This document shows positions 39,803 through 49,746 of a stretch of DNA of 58,746 nucleotides, piece after piece. Both the position numbers and the translations under genes were made by a program. This DNA comes from Pseudomonadota bacterium (GTDB lineage: Bacteria > Desulfobacterota > Desulfobacteria > Desulfobacterales > RPRI01). The stretch spans positions 1-58,746 of the forward strand of contig JBDRRF010000022.1 of NCBI GenBank assembly GCA_043825875.1, in the 5' to 3' direction. A model generated the notes under the pieces. The model made no database searches. It had not been told where the DNA came from and saw only the letters and a list, made by a program, of their open reading frames with translations. Positions within the stretch are counted from its first letter, which is position 1, and each line of letters starts with the position of its first letter.

Positions 39803-40812
39803 TTATAACCTGAAAAGTTTTTCCGGATTATAAGGAACCTGATCTCTCATCACATAGTAGGATGCTCTGGCCAGTTTATTGCTCAAAGCTTTTATTGCTA
39901 CTATGCCATTCTTCCTGGCCTTTTTGCGTTGATAAAATCTCTCTGCCTCAGGATATGATCTTACAGCAAAATTAGCCGCTTCAACATAGGCCCAGGAAAG
40001 ATATTTGTTTCCGTTCTTCCTGTTTCCTTCTCCTTTCTTTTTGTTATTGGAAAGCTTTTCACTTTTTACTGCTCTGCAATACGAAGAATAATTGCCTACT
40101 TTAGCAAATCTCTTTATGTCTCCAACCTCAAGCATGATCGTCAACCCCAGGATAATCCCAATACCAGGCAAAGTAAGAAGAAGTTTAAATTCCGGTTTTA
40201 TCTTCACATGGGATGTTACCGCCTTCTCAATCTCCTTAATCCTGGCGCTTAAAAAATTTATTACAGATATATGGTTTCTTGCCGTCAAGATTAAAAAAGG
40301 ATCGCTAAACAATTCTTCAGCACTCTGCTCATTAAGTCTTTTTATCTCCCTTCCCGACATCTTTGTACCAAGATTTCTCGTGATCGCACTCTGGAAGCTT
40401 AAGATATGAGATGTCCTGTGTCTTACGAATAAAAGTCTTCTTCTCAGTGTATCTCTCACATGCCGTTCTTCCTTTGGATATATATATCCTGTTGGCAGTA
40501 TATTTAATCTGCCAGCCAGAATGAATCCCATTTGTCGTCTGTGTGTTTTAGACCTTCATATTGCTTTATCGCTGAGGGATTCGCCAGAGATACTTTATAT
40601 CCTTGTTGCTCCAGACCGTCCACTATCCAGTACCAGTTATAGGTTGATTCAACAACAACACCTTCTAAAGATTCCTTAAACGGTTCCAAAGCCTGCAAGA
40701 CTGCCCCCAATTCATTCGGTAACCTCTTCTGAAATAATCTTTGATCCTGTTCATTGATAATACCGATAAAATTATTGCTTGAATGTAAATCGATTCCTGC
40801 GTATGCTTTCAT
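39803..40812 (-). pseudogene. IS110 transposase, frameshifted near 40510
   Basis: GIDLH, VVES, 'KHTDDKWD' in one frame; 'LPGIG', 'GNKYL.WA.VEAA', 'AL..KLAR' in another; junction WL-GC-RLNILP suggests a small deletion. Confidence 0.9.
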
Positions 40813-41090
40813 AAGACACCTCCGAAATCCAAATAGTTAATGATATCTCGTTACGCTTATGCGTACTGGTTCCATAGTATAACACCTATGGATAAGGAGG
40901 TGTCTTAATATTTTTAAATCTCGTGTATGAACTTAACCCTTTATATGATTATCAAGCCTGTTTATTATAGCGATAAGTATAGTAAGGTAATGGACTATAG
41001 CGGTTATAATATTCCTTTTGGTATATTTATGATTGTACTTGGGGTTGGCTTTTTATGGACTACTTTTAGAAAAAAATAAGGTGAAGTATT

Positions 41091-41400
41091 GGGGGGCAGT
41101 TCGACTCCCTTTACATTTATAGTTTGCAATCTGAACATTTTATGTTAACAGAATGATATGCTATAAAAAGCAATAGTAGATCCACCGAAAGCCCTTCATC
41201 ATATCATTATACGGAGAATCAAGCGGGCCAAAATTTTCCAAACCGATTACGATCGTGATGATTTTCTGAACCGGTTTGGGACAGTTTAACGCCCTTTATA
41301 TTTAAAGTTAACAATCTGAATATTTATCAAATTGATAGAGTTATATGATAAGGAAAACGAGAGTAAATGCTCCTGGGACTTTGCAAAATGTTATTATCTT
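41091..41400 (+). pseudogene. Two tandem 5' remnants of REP-associated tyrosine (Y1/RAYT) transposase
   Basis: 41158-41290 reads ML*KAIVDPPKALHHIIIRRIKRAKIFQTDYDRDDFLNRFG; ~41345-41400 reads MIRKTRVNAPGTLQNVII; each follows a similar ~50-bp leader. Confidence 0.7.
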
Positions 41401-41539
41401 TTATCCCTAGTATTTGAGTAAAAACAAATCGTGGGTGATGGTCAATAAAAAGTAACGCCTCGTGGTGACAACGCCGTTGAACTTATGTACTAATGGACGT
41501 CCAATCCGCCATCATCGGATTTTTTATTGAGAGGTAGTT

Positions 41540-42235
41540 ATGACAAAATATGTATTGGCAAACTGGAAGGCCTATAAATCCATGTCCGAAGCTGAAGCAT
41601 GGCTTGAAAAGTTCTGTCAGTTGTATCGTCCCAATCCCCAGGTAGAAGTAATCATCGCCCCACCTGCATTATACCTTATCCCCATGCAACAGAAATTACA
41701 GAAATATACAACTGAGCATCTAACCTTTGCAGCTCAGGATCTGTCGCCATTCCCCCTGGGCGCTTATACCGGGGCAATGGCCGCTGAAATGGCACGAGAC
41801 CTGGTTGAGTTTGCTATTCTCGGTCATTCTGAACGGCGTCGTTATTTTCATGAAACCAACCAGGATGTTGCTAACAAAGTCAGCGAGGCCAGGGCTGTCA
41901 ATATAAAACCCATCGTCTGTGTTGACAAAACCTATGCAAGGTCTCAGATAGCGGCCCTGAACGAAGCAGATCTTGAGGATTTGATTATCGGCTATGGACC
42001 TGTTGATGCCATTGGTATTAATGTTCCCCAATCTCTTGAAAAGATAAAAGAGGTGATAGGGGAGATCCGGATAATCGCACCTGATAAACCGATCCTTTAT
42101 GGTGGCTCAATTAATGAGGATAATGCTGGCGATTACCTGGCGATAGCTGGTTTGTCCGGGTTAATGGTAGGGACGGCAAGCTTGGACCCAGTGGCTTTCG
42201 CACGTATTTGCGAGAAGGCCTCCTATGATGAATAG
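41540..42235 (+). CDS. Triosephosphate isomerase family protein, catalytic Glu replaced by Gly
   Basis: ANWK, AQD, GAYTG, GHSERR, YGGS, VG.ASL retained; AYEPVWAIG reads GYGPVDAIG. Confidence 0.85.
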   Translation: MTKYVLANWKAYKSMSEAEAWLEKFCQLYRPNPQVEVIIAPPALYLIPMQQKLQKYTTEHLTFAAQDLSPFPLGAYTGAMAAEMARDLVEFAILGHSERRRYFHETNQDVANKVSEARAVNIKPIVCVDKTYARSQIAALNEADLEDLIIGYGPVDAIGINVPQSLEKIKEVIGEIRIIAPDKPILYGGSINEDNAGDYLAIAGLSGLMVGTASLDPVAFARICEKASYDE

Positions 42236-42262
42236 GGGATATTCGGGGACATTCTATACTCC

Positions 42263-42620
42263 TTATGTCAAGCAAAAATATGTAAAATATAATTCAAACT
42301 TTTTAAGCATAGTCCATGCAATCACTAATAACCTGGCAGCCAATTTTACCCGCAATTTTTTACGGACACCTCGTTCCTTTTGACGGCCTTCCAGCATGTT
42401 ATGAAACAAACTTCGAAAATTTTCATTGAAATTTGGAAGCAATAAATCCGGCCTGGTACAGTCCGTATCGCAGAAAGGTGATTTTATAGTAAACACTTCA
42501 TTTTTTATTGTCAGGTCTATATTGGGAAGATGCTAAGCAATCTATATTCCAAGGCCGCTACATTGTATTTACGGCATATACGTATCCGCATCCTTAAGCT
42601 CCAAATGAGTTTTTAAGTTC
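42263..42620 (-). pseudogene. Second IS110-like transposase C-terminal remnant
   Basis: 'FRSLFHNMLEGRQKERGVRKKLRVKLAARLLVIAWTMLKK' resembles IS110 C-terminal helices; boundaries approximate. Confidence 0.5.
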
Positions 42621-42633
42621 ATGACTCACTGGA

Positions 42634-42882
42634 TTCCGGGGACACCTTACTTGATTATTGTTAAAAATAACTGTATTTGTTATTAAATAAACATGGTACA
42701 AATGGCACGAGCAGTAGGGCCGGGTATTTAGCATCATGTGACACAGCGGGGAAACAGGCGGCAGTATGCATTTTGCAATGATGAAGATTCCCATGCTTAT
42801 CTGGAATTTATGTAGCAATGGTGTGGGAAATATAATGTGGTGATTTGGGCGTATTGAAACTGGTTCTAAGGTGTACCCGGAA
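42634..42882 (+). mobile_element. Internally deleted RAYT element with 16-bp inverted ends
   Basis: TTCCGGGGACACCTTA ... TAAGGTGTACCCGGAA (15/16); 42693-42857 reads MVQMARAVGPGI*HHVTQRGNRRQYAFCNDEDSHAYLEFM*QWCGKYNVVIWAY*. Confidence 0.75.
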
Positions 42883-42919
42883 ATAGGTATTAAAAAATAA
42901 AACTGCATATAAGATATAA

Positions 42920-43762
42920 ATGGTGTTTGTAATGACTGAAAATGTAAGCTGGTTTCCAAAACATATGAAAACTTCTGAGGAACTTTTGAAAAAGAACTTG
43001 AAAGCCGTAGATATTGTTTTCGAGGTTTTGGATGCAAGAGCTCCCTTATCCAGTAAAGATATGAATATTGATAGAATAATCGGGCAAAAAGCAAAAATTA
43101 TAATTTTGAATAAATGCGACCTTAGCAGTGATGATGGCAACAAAAAGTGGGTTTCCTTTCTTAACAGAGGTGATACCGAGGTAGCGTTGGTAAGTGCTGT
43201 TACAGGTGATGGTTTAAAAAATATTGCAAATTTAGCCCGTAAGGTCATTAATAAGGCTGGAATCAAAAATAAATCCATAAGAGCCATGGTGGTAGGTATA
43301 CCCAATGTGGGCAAATCCACTTTGATAAATTGCATAGCTGGGAAAAAAAAGGCCAAGGCTGCCAATAAACCTGGAGTTACACGGGCTAAACAGTGGATAG
43401 ATGCAAAATCACAATTTGAACTTCTGGATACTCCCGGAATTTTGCGCCCCAGAGAAGATAAAGAAACTTTTTCAAATCTCGCCTTTATCGGAACCATAAA
43501 TGATGATGTTCTGGATGTGAGGACTCTTGCATCTGATCTTATAGAAAAACTGGTCGAAATTGTCCCGGAAGAATTATGTGCCAGATTCAAAATTGATATT
43601 AAAGATAAAACGCCCCTTGAAATTCTGGAAAATATTGCAGCCAAAAGGGGCTGCCTTTTGAAAACTGGTATTGTCGATTATATGCGAGCGTCCAATATTG
43701 TTTTGAGTGAATTCAGGAAAGGGAAACTGGTTAAAATTACTTTAGAATATCCAGGTTCTTAA
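42920..43762 (+). CDS. rbgA: Ribosome biogenesis GTPase YlqF/RbgA
   Basis: WFP.HM, DARAP.SS, NKCD, G.PNVGKSTLIN, PGVT, LLDTPGI (circularly permuted GTPase). Confidence 0.92.
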   Translation: MVFVMTENVSWFPKHMKTSEELLKKNLKAVDIVFEVLDARAPLSSKDMNIDRIIGQKAKIIILNKCDLSSDDGNKKWVSFLNRGDTEVALVSAVTGDGLKNIANLARKVINKAGIKNKSIRAMVVGIPNVGKSTLINCIAGKKKAKAANKPGVTRAKQWIDAKSQFELLDTPGILRPREDKETFSNLAFIGTINDDVLDVRTLASDLIEKLVEIVPEELCARFKIDIKDKTPLEILENIAAKRGCLLKTGIVDYMRASNIVLSEFRKGKLVKITLEYPGS

Positions 43763-43901
43763 TGGAAACGAAGAAACCTATGATCTTGCAACGGGAATCG
43801 GTTAAACTCACCTGCACAGCTATGGAGAGCAAAATATGATAGATCCTCATGAAAATATAAAAACTACATTTTAAATTGTATACGGATGGTCAAACCAAAA
43901 G

Positions 43902-45314
43902 ATGATCGAACAATCAAATGAAAACAAAGGAAAGAAGACGGCAGTCTTGTTTTCAGTTCAAACTCAAGGTGTTTCCGATGAACAGAACGATTCGTCTCTC
44001 CTCGAACTCAGGCGTCTGGTTAAAACCCTGGGTCTCGAAGTCGTCGCAACGCTAACCCAACGCCGCCCAAGACCTGAGATGGGAACCTTATTGGGCGCAG
44101 GAAAATTAAAAGAACTTGCCGGCTATACCGGCGGCACTGGAATTGTTGAAGGATTCAGCCGGAAATCACCAGATGAAACCTGCGAAGATGAAACCTGTGA
44201 CGACATGGACGAAGATTATCCAGTCGGCAGTATATCCGGCTCAGATGAAGAGAGTTCAAGCGATGACCCAATGACAAAAAAAAGCGTGCAAGCCGATGTT
44301 GTCGTCTATGATGGTGAAATTTCCACTAAGCAATTGAAAAACCTTGAAAAAGCTACCGGCGTCGAAGTTTTAGACCGAACCGGTGTGATCCTCGAAATAT
44401 TCAGCCGTCATGCCAAAAGCCGGGAGGCCCTCATTCAGGTGGAGATTGCCAAATTGACTTATTTGGCGCCAAAGTTGAGAGCATCTCATTTTGGAGGTGA
44501 TCGTCAAGGCGGCGGTATTGGATCTAAAGGCGCAGGAGAGACTTCTCACGAACTCGACAAACGTCGTATTAGAGGCCGCATATCCGAACTAAAGTCACAA
44601 CTAGTTGGAATTCGCGACGAGCAAAATAGACGGCGCAGCCGGAGGAAAGAAAATCTCCAAGTCTCTCTGGTCGGTTATACCAATGCCGGCAAATCGTCGC
44701 TGATGCGAAAACTGACCGGTAGCGATGTATTGGTACAGGATAAATTATTTGCAACGCTTGATACCCGTGTGAAATCTTTGCAACCAGAGGCTTTTCCTCT
44801 GGTACTCGTCTCCGATACCGTTGGATTTATAAAGAAATTACCTCACGATTTAGTTGCATCTTTCCAATCTACTCTTGATGAGGCGCTTGCCGCTTCGTTA
44901 CTTTTGTTTACGGTCGATGCCTCCGATCCGGCTTTTCGATCTCAATTGGCTGTGACGCAATCGGTCCTGAAAGAGATCGGTGGCGAAAAAATTCCAAACC
45001 GGATAATCCTGAACAAAATTGACAAACTCACAATCGGGGAGCTGGAAGAGCTACAACTTGAATTTCCCGATGGAATCTTCATCTCTGCGCATAACCCCGA
45101 GGATGTCGCATTTCTACGAAAGAAAATTCTTCAGTATTTCGAATCAAATATGATTGAAACTACGATGGTGATCCCGTACGACAAAGGACACCTTTTAGGA
45201 CAGTTAAGAACCAAAGCTGGCATCATAAATGAATCCTACGACGAAACAGGAACACAAGTAACATTCAAGACTTTCCCGGAAACATTAATCTGGTTACAAA
45301 AAAAGATGGATTAA
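43902..45314 (+). CDS. hflX: GTPase HflX (variant with acidic insertion)
   Basis: DRT.VIL.IF..HA...EA..QVE.A, G.GE, GYTNAGKS, LFATLD, DTVGFI..LP, NKID. Confidence 0.92.
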   Translation: MIEQSNENKGKKTAVLFSVQTQGVSDEQNDSSLLELRRLVKTLGLEVVATLTQRRPRPEMGTLLGAGKLKELAGYTGGTGIVEGFSRKSPDETCEDETCDDMDEDYPVGSISGSDEESSSDDPMTKKSVQADVVVYDGEISTKQLKNLEKATGVEVLDRTGVILEIFSRHAKSREALIQVEIAKLTYLAPKLRASHFGGDRQGGGIGSKGAGETSHELDKRRIRGRISELKSQLVGIRDEQNRRRSRRKENLQVSLVGYTNAGKSSLMRKLTGSDVLVQDKLFATLDTRVKSLQPEAFPLVLVSDTVGFIKKLPHDLVASFQSTLDEALAASLLLFTVDASDPAFRSQLAVTQSVLKEIGGEKIPNRIILNKIDKLTIGELEELQLEFPDGIFISAHNPEDVAFLRKKILQYFESNMIETTMVIPYDKGHLLGQLRTKAGIINESYDETGTQVTFKTFPETLIWLQKKMD

Positions 45315-45575
45315 ACAGATGTGAACTTGCTTTTTTCGGGGAAGAATAGGGTCTATGCTTTTATGCGTTTCTCAAACAGATGGTAATTTACTGCCCCATT
45401 TTTGAAACAATATCATCCAACAAGGCAGTTTGAACAGGCAAGCACTCAACTGCCTGTTACTACCTTTCCAACAGTAATAAACATTTTTCAAAGCATTCTA
45501 TAACATTTTTTGCTGTTCAAACAATCCCGAGCACCGCTGTTTGAGTTATTGGTAAATGCCCGTTCCCTCTCTCAG

Positions 45576-45652
45576 ATTCCCCCTTTAAAGGGGGATTAAG
45601 GGGGTTGTGATAAAATACGGAACAACCCCCTGACCCCTTTTAAAGGGGGAAT
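45576..45652. repeat. REP-like nested C/G-run hairpin
   Basis: ATTCCCCCTTTAAAGGGGGATTAAGGGGGTTG...CAACCCCCTGACCCCTTTTAAAGGGGGAAT; related copy at 49024-49145. Confidence 0.7.
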
Positions 45653-45715
45653 TTACTGTGATTTGTTTTTTATGCGGGGGTTGATTATGTCATTTCCAAA
45701 TGCGGTTACCCTAAT

Positions 45716-45899
45716 CTCCCGGCAGCTCACACTTGCTACGATTTTTTAACCCGGTTAAACTTGATTATCCACTGCGGTAAATAAGATTGACATAGGCTTA
45801 AGAAATGGGAAAATGAGTTTTCTGGATAATATTAAGAGCTCCTTCGGAAAACGATTTTATAGCGCTGGAAGTTGAAGATATTGAGGCAGTAAGGAAAGA
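45716..45899 (+). repeat. Decayed duplicate of the fprA promoter plus fprA/VOC fusion scar
   Basis: 45716-45833 resembles 32310-32428; 45841-45899 joins 33604-33632 to 33899-33938 through AGCGCTGGA. Confidence 0.85.
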
Positions 45900-45915
45900 C
45901 AAGGAGAAAGAATCC

Positions 45916-46110
45916 ATGGGTAAAAGAGTTCTTATCGACACAAAAGAATGTATCGGTTGCCAAAGCTGCGTTGAACTTTGTCCGGAAATATTTGAATTTG
46001 ATGAAGAAGAGGAAAAAGCCAAAGTCATACTCCCGAAAGGAGGCGATGAAGAATGTATTGAAGAAGCTATTTCGACATGCCCAACTGAATGCATTCATTG
46101 GGAAAAATAA
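45916..46110 (+). CDS. Ferredoxin (single-cluster type)
   Basis: CIGCQSCVELCP ... CP.ECI; AAGGAG RBS. Confidence 0.92.
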   Translation: MGKRVLIDTKECIGCQSCVELCPEIFEFDEEEEKAKVILPKGGDEECIEEAISTCPTECIHWEK

Positions 46111-46179
46111 CGACAAATATAGCTTCTATAATCTAATAATTTAATTTAATTGTATTAAACATTAAACTAATGAAATAAA

Positions 46180-46995
46180 ATGAGCGATTTCTTCCTACAA
46201 TTTGATCCTGTTACACAGGCCTTTATCGCCACGCTTTTTACCTGGGGTGTCACTGCTGCCGGGGCTTCACTTGTATTATTTACAAAAGCTGTAAACCAAA
46301 AGCTTATGGACTCAATGCTTGGCTTTGCCGCAGGCGTTATGATTGCTGCAAGTTTCTGGTCTCTTCTCGCACCAGGCATAGTAATGGCGGAACAGTTGGG
46401 GCACACTCCTTGGTTGACGGCAGTCATTGGCTTTATGGGTGGCGGAATTTTTATGAGACTTACCGACAAATTTCTGCCTCATCTTCATCCAGGCCTAAGT
46501 ATTGATAAAAAAGAAGGAGTAAAAACTTCATGGCAACGAAGTACACTTTTAGTACTTGCCATAACGCTTCACAATATACCTGAAGGCCTGGCTGTCGGTG
46601 TTGCATTTGGAGCTGCGGCGGCTAATCTTCCTTCTGCCACAATTGGAAGTGCGATTGCTTTGGCAATCGGCATTGGAATTCAAAATTTTCCTGAAGGCAC
46701 CGCTGTATCTGTGCCATTGAGAAGAGAAGGGATGACTAAGGGCAAAAGTTTTTTCATGGGACAAGCTTCAGGCCTTGTGGAACCGATTGCCGGAGTAATC
46801 GGAGCAATCTTTGTTCTCAAAATGCAAAACATTCTTCCATACGCACTTTGTTTTGCAGCAGGAGCCATGATATTTGTGGTGGTTGAGGAACTGATTCCCG
46901 AATCTCAAAGAAACTACGCAAATATCGATCTGGTAACAATGGCAACAATGGCCGGTTTTTCAGTAATGATGATTCTCGATGTGGCTTTGGGATAA
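46180..46995 (+). CDS. ZIP family metal transporter (ZupT/GufA-like)
   Basis: [33 protein letters not shown]. Confidence 0.92.
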   Translation: MSDFFLQFDPVTQAFIATLFTWGVTAAGASLVLFTKAVNQKLMDSMLGFAAGVMIAASFWSLLAPGIVMAEQLGHTPWLTAVIGFMGGGIFMRLTDKFLPHLHPGLSIDKKEGVKTSWQRSTLLVLAITLHNIPEGLAVGVAFGAAAANLPSATIGSAIALAIGIGIQNFPEGTAVSVPLRREGMTKGKSFFMGQASGLVEPIAGVIGAIFVLKMQNILPYALCFAAGAMIFVVVEELIPESQRNYANIDLVTMATMAGFSVMMILDVALG

Positions 46996-47082
46996 ACCGC
47001 TAATCTTTATATTTGCAACAAGCCCCACAAATCCGACAAAATTTCGATAACAGGCAAGAGATTCATCGCTGTATGAAAAAAC

Positions 47083-48615
47083 TCATTTGAGCCATACTAC
47101 CTTGTAAAGATCTTTGCGCCGGTTTTCGAGATTTCGCACACTCCCCTGCTGCCGTAATTCTTTGAGTAAATCAAGGTCCAGATCAACCATAAGAGTCATT
47201 TCGGTGTTAGGTGTTGCTTCTGCTGCAATAGCATCGTGCGGAAAAGCAAAATCCGATGGTGTAAATACAGCCGACTGAGAATATTGAATATCCATGTTTT
47301 CAACTTTCGGCAGATTTCCGACACTTCCTGATATCGCCACATAACATTCATTTTCAATGGCACGGGCCTGAGCGCATCGCCGAACCCTGAGATATGCATT
47401 TTTGGTATCGGTCCAGTACGGAACGAATAAAAATGTCATGCCCTTATCCGCCAGATACCGAGCCAACTCAGGAAACTCTATGTCATAGCAGATGAGAATA
47501 CCGATTTTGCCTATATCGGTATCAAATATCCGGACTTCATCGCCCCCCTTCAATCCCCAATATTTTGATTCGTCCGGCGTAATGTGCAACTTGTACTGCG
47601 CATCCCATGTACCGTCTCTACGGCATAAAAAGGATACATTGTACAAAAAATCATTTTTTAGTTGAGGAACACTGCCTGCGACTATGTTGATGTTGTAAGT
47701 AATGGCCATATTGACAAATGCAGCCCGAATATCATCGGTATATTCCGCAAGGGAACGCATAGCTTCGGCCGGATTTTCCTGGTTGAAATTTTTCAAAAGT
47801 GGCGCGTTGATAAGCTCCGGAAACAAAACAAGATCCGAATTATAACCTGCCACCGCATCCACAAAAAATTCAGCTTGCTGCAAAAAATCATCCAAATCAT
47901 TAAAAGGACGCATCTGCCATTGAACAACACCTATGCGCGGATAGGATTTGCGCCCGCCGAATAATTTTTGCCGTTTTTCATAATAGATATTGTTCCACTC
48001 CATCAATACCCCATATGCTTGGGACTGGGTATCTTCAGGTATATAATTTTTTATTATCTTTTTTATATGAAAATCATTTGAAAGCTGAAATGACAATACA
48101 GTGTCATAGATTTCATTGGCCTTGACTTTTTGAATATATTCGGAAGGCGACATGGCATCCGAGTGTTCACCATAACCGGGGATTCGTCCGCCAAAAATAA
48201 TGCATTTCAAATTCAATTTTTCACATAATTCCTTACGGGCATCATATAAACGCCTTCCGATACGCAAACCACGGTAATCCGGGTCAACAAAAATATCGAC
48301 TCCATACACTGCGTTTCCATCAGGGTCGTGGCCTGTCATTTTGCCCCCGCTAACAACATCCTCATAGCTGTGCCGACTCTCAAACTCTTCCGCATTTACA
48401 AGAATCGAAAGAGCAGCAGCTACTACAGCACCCTTATCTTCGATACAAATTTGTCCTTCCGGAAAATTATCGATTAATGCGTTGTATTCATCCTCCTGCC
48501 AGGCGCCGCCCATTCCGGAATAAACTTTATCCATTATTCGTTTGATGTGAGGGTAATCGTGGCGGGTCAGCCCGCGCAATATTAATTTATATTCAGCCTG
48601 ATCGATTTCGCTCAT
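47083..48615 (-). CDS. Bifunctional GNAT / carbon-nitrogen hydrolase
   Basis: GNAT 'V.P.YRGLRIG.RLY'; nitrilase triad FPE, QYKLH, ICYD.EFPE. Confidence 0.9.
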   Translation of the reverse strand: MSEIDQAEYKLILRGLTRHDYPHIKRIMDKVYSGMGGAWQEDEYNALIDNFPEGQICIEDKGAVVAAALSILVNAEEFESRHSYEDVVSGGKMTGHDPDGNAVYGVDIFVDPDYRGLRIGRRLYDARKELCEKLNLKCIIFGGRIPGYGEHSDAMSPSEYIQKVKANEIYDTVLSFQLSNDFHIKKIIKNYIPEDTQSQAYGVLMEWNNIYYEKRQKLFGGRKSYPRIGVVQWQMRPFNDLDDFLQQAEFFVDAVAGYNSDLVLFPELINAPLLKNFNQENPAEAMRSLAEYTDDIRAAFVNMAITYNINIVAGSVPQLKNDFLYNVSFLCRRDGTWDAQYKLHITPDESKYWGLKGGDEVRIFDTDIGKIGILICYDIEFPELARYLADKGMTFLFVPYWTDTKNAYLRVRRCAQARAIENECYVAISGSVGNLPKVENMDIQYSQSAVFTPSDFAFPHDAIAAEATPNTEMTLMVDLDLDLLKELRQQGSVRNLENRRKDLYKVVWLK

Positions 48616-48674
48616 ACTTGCTCCATTTCTTTGCTTTTGATTTTATGAGAAAGCCATTTCATAATTGAACTATG

Positions 48675-48816
48675 GAGCCACTTTCAAAACGTTTCAGTTT
48701 GGTCAAGCTCAAGGCGGGTGAAAATTTTAACCGCAGGAATACATGGGGTATTTCGAGGATTAAAATTTTCGCCCAACGCAGAGATCGGCCAAAATGGGGC
48801 GTTTTGAAACTGGCTC
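48675..48816. mobile_element. 142-bp MITE-like element, copy 3
   Basis: Same TIRs; TATG on both flanks (48671-74 / 48817-20). Confidence 0.9.
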
Positions 48817-49023
48817 TATGCTTTAAGATTAAACCATAGTTGTTGTGAATGCAAATTCCATGTTATATGAATTTCTAAACATTGCGCCCATTATGGCAAT
48901 TGTTGTAAATGCGATCGCACTGTAAACATCGTCAGATGTATCCGCATTTGTGCTTAATATAAACAACCATCCTAATAAATAAATTCATGTTAATTACCTC
49001 TTAATGAAGGGGGCACCACTTTA

Positions 49024-49145
49024 ATTCCCCCTTAACAAAGGGGGTTAGGGGGTTGTTTTTTCTTTATACTTCTTTAAATCGATCCTTCGATTGCAATCAA
49101 ATTTTTCATTACAACCCCCTTTATCCCCCTTTTTTAAGTGGGAAT
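49024..49145. repeat. REP-like nested C/G-run hairpin, copy 2
   Basis: ATTCCCCCTTAACAAAGGGGGTTAGGGGGTTG...CAACCCCCTTTATCCCCCTTTTTTAAGTGGGAAT. Confidence 0.7.
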
Positions 49146-49320
49146 TTGAAAGTCGGCTCATTGGTACCAAATACTTATTTCCATTGGTTTGCCTATATGT
49201 AATATACGGTTTTGTGTAAAATCCAAAAGCGGTTACCCTGTAAACATCGTTCGCCAATCTTGACATTATACGCAAATACGGTAATATCACCCTATAAAAA
49301 ATATAATCGGAGGTATTAAA

Positions 49321-49746
49321 GTGTATTCGAGAATACTGATTCTCAGATTTCCTGAAACTGAAGTGCAAAAACCATTAGTGTGTTCTCTTGTTAAAAACTA
49401 TGATCTTATGTTTAATATCTTAAATGCAACCATTCTTCCAAAAAAAGAAGGAATCATGGTGCTTGAGCTTTTCGGTTCAAGAAAAAATTTTAACGAGGGA
49501 GTTAAATACTTAAAAGACCAGGGAGTAAAAGTACAAAACGCTTCCCAGGAAATAAAACGGGATAATGAAAAATGCACCCATTGCGGAGCATGCACCGCTG
49601 TATGCCCCACCGGGGCTCTTTCAATTCAGCGCCCGGAAATGATCATAGTTTATGATCAGAGCAAATGCAGTGTTTGTGAACTCTGCGTCCCGGCCTGTCC
49701 ACCACGCGCAATGAAAATGCGCCCTGTAGATAATAATTTTTTTTAA
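49321..49746 (+). CDS. NIL domain + 2[4Fe-4S] protein
   Basis: GTG start after GGAGG; 'FNIL.A'; CTHCGACTAVCP and CSVCELCVPACP. Confidence 0.88.
   Translation: MYSRILILRFPETEVQKPLVCSLVKNYDLMFNILNATILPKKEGIMVLELFGSRKNFNEGVKYLKDQGVKVQNASQEIKRDNEKCTHCGACTAVCPTGALSIQRPEMIIVYDQSKCSVCELCVPACPPRAMKMRPVDNNFF

Larger units (their letters stand above)
39352..40954 (-). mobile_element. IS110 family (IS1111-like) insertion sequence, ~1.6 kb
   Basis: TCA at both junctions (39349-51, 40952-54); subterminal IR TAAAGGGTT / AACCCTTTA; long non-coding end 3' of the transposase. Confidence 0.85.
39285..41079 (+). pseudogene. Small two-TM membrane protein (63 aa) split by IS110
   Basis: Joining 39285-39351 to 40955-41079 gives an open frame MNKLGPIMLGIVLILYGSAIWVKPVYYSDKYSKVMDYSGYNIPFGIFMIVLGVGFLWTTFRKK*; GAGGT RBS. 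Confidence 0.8.
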
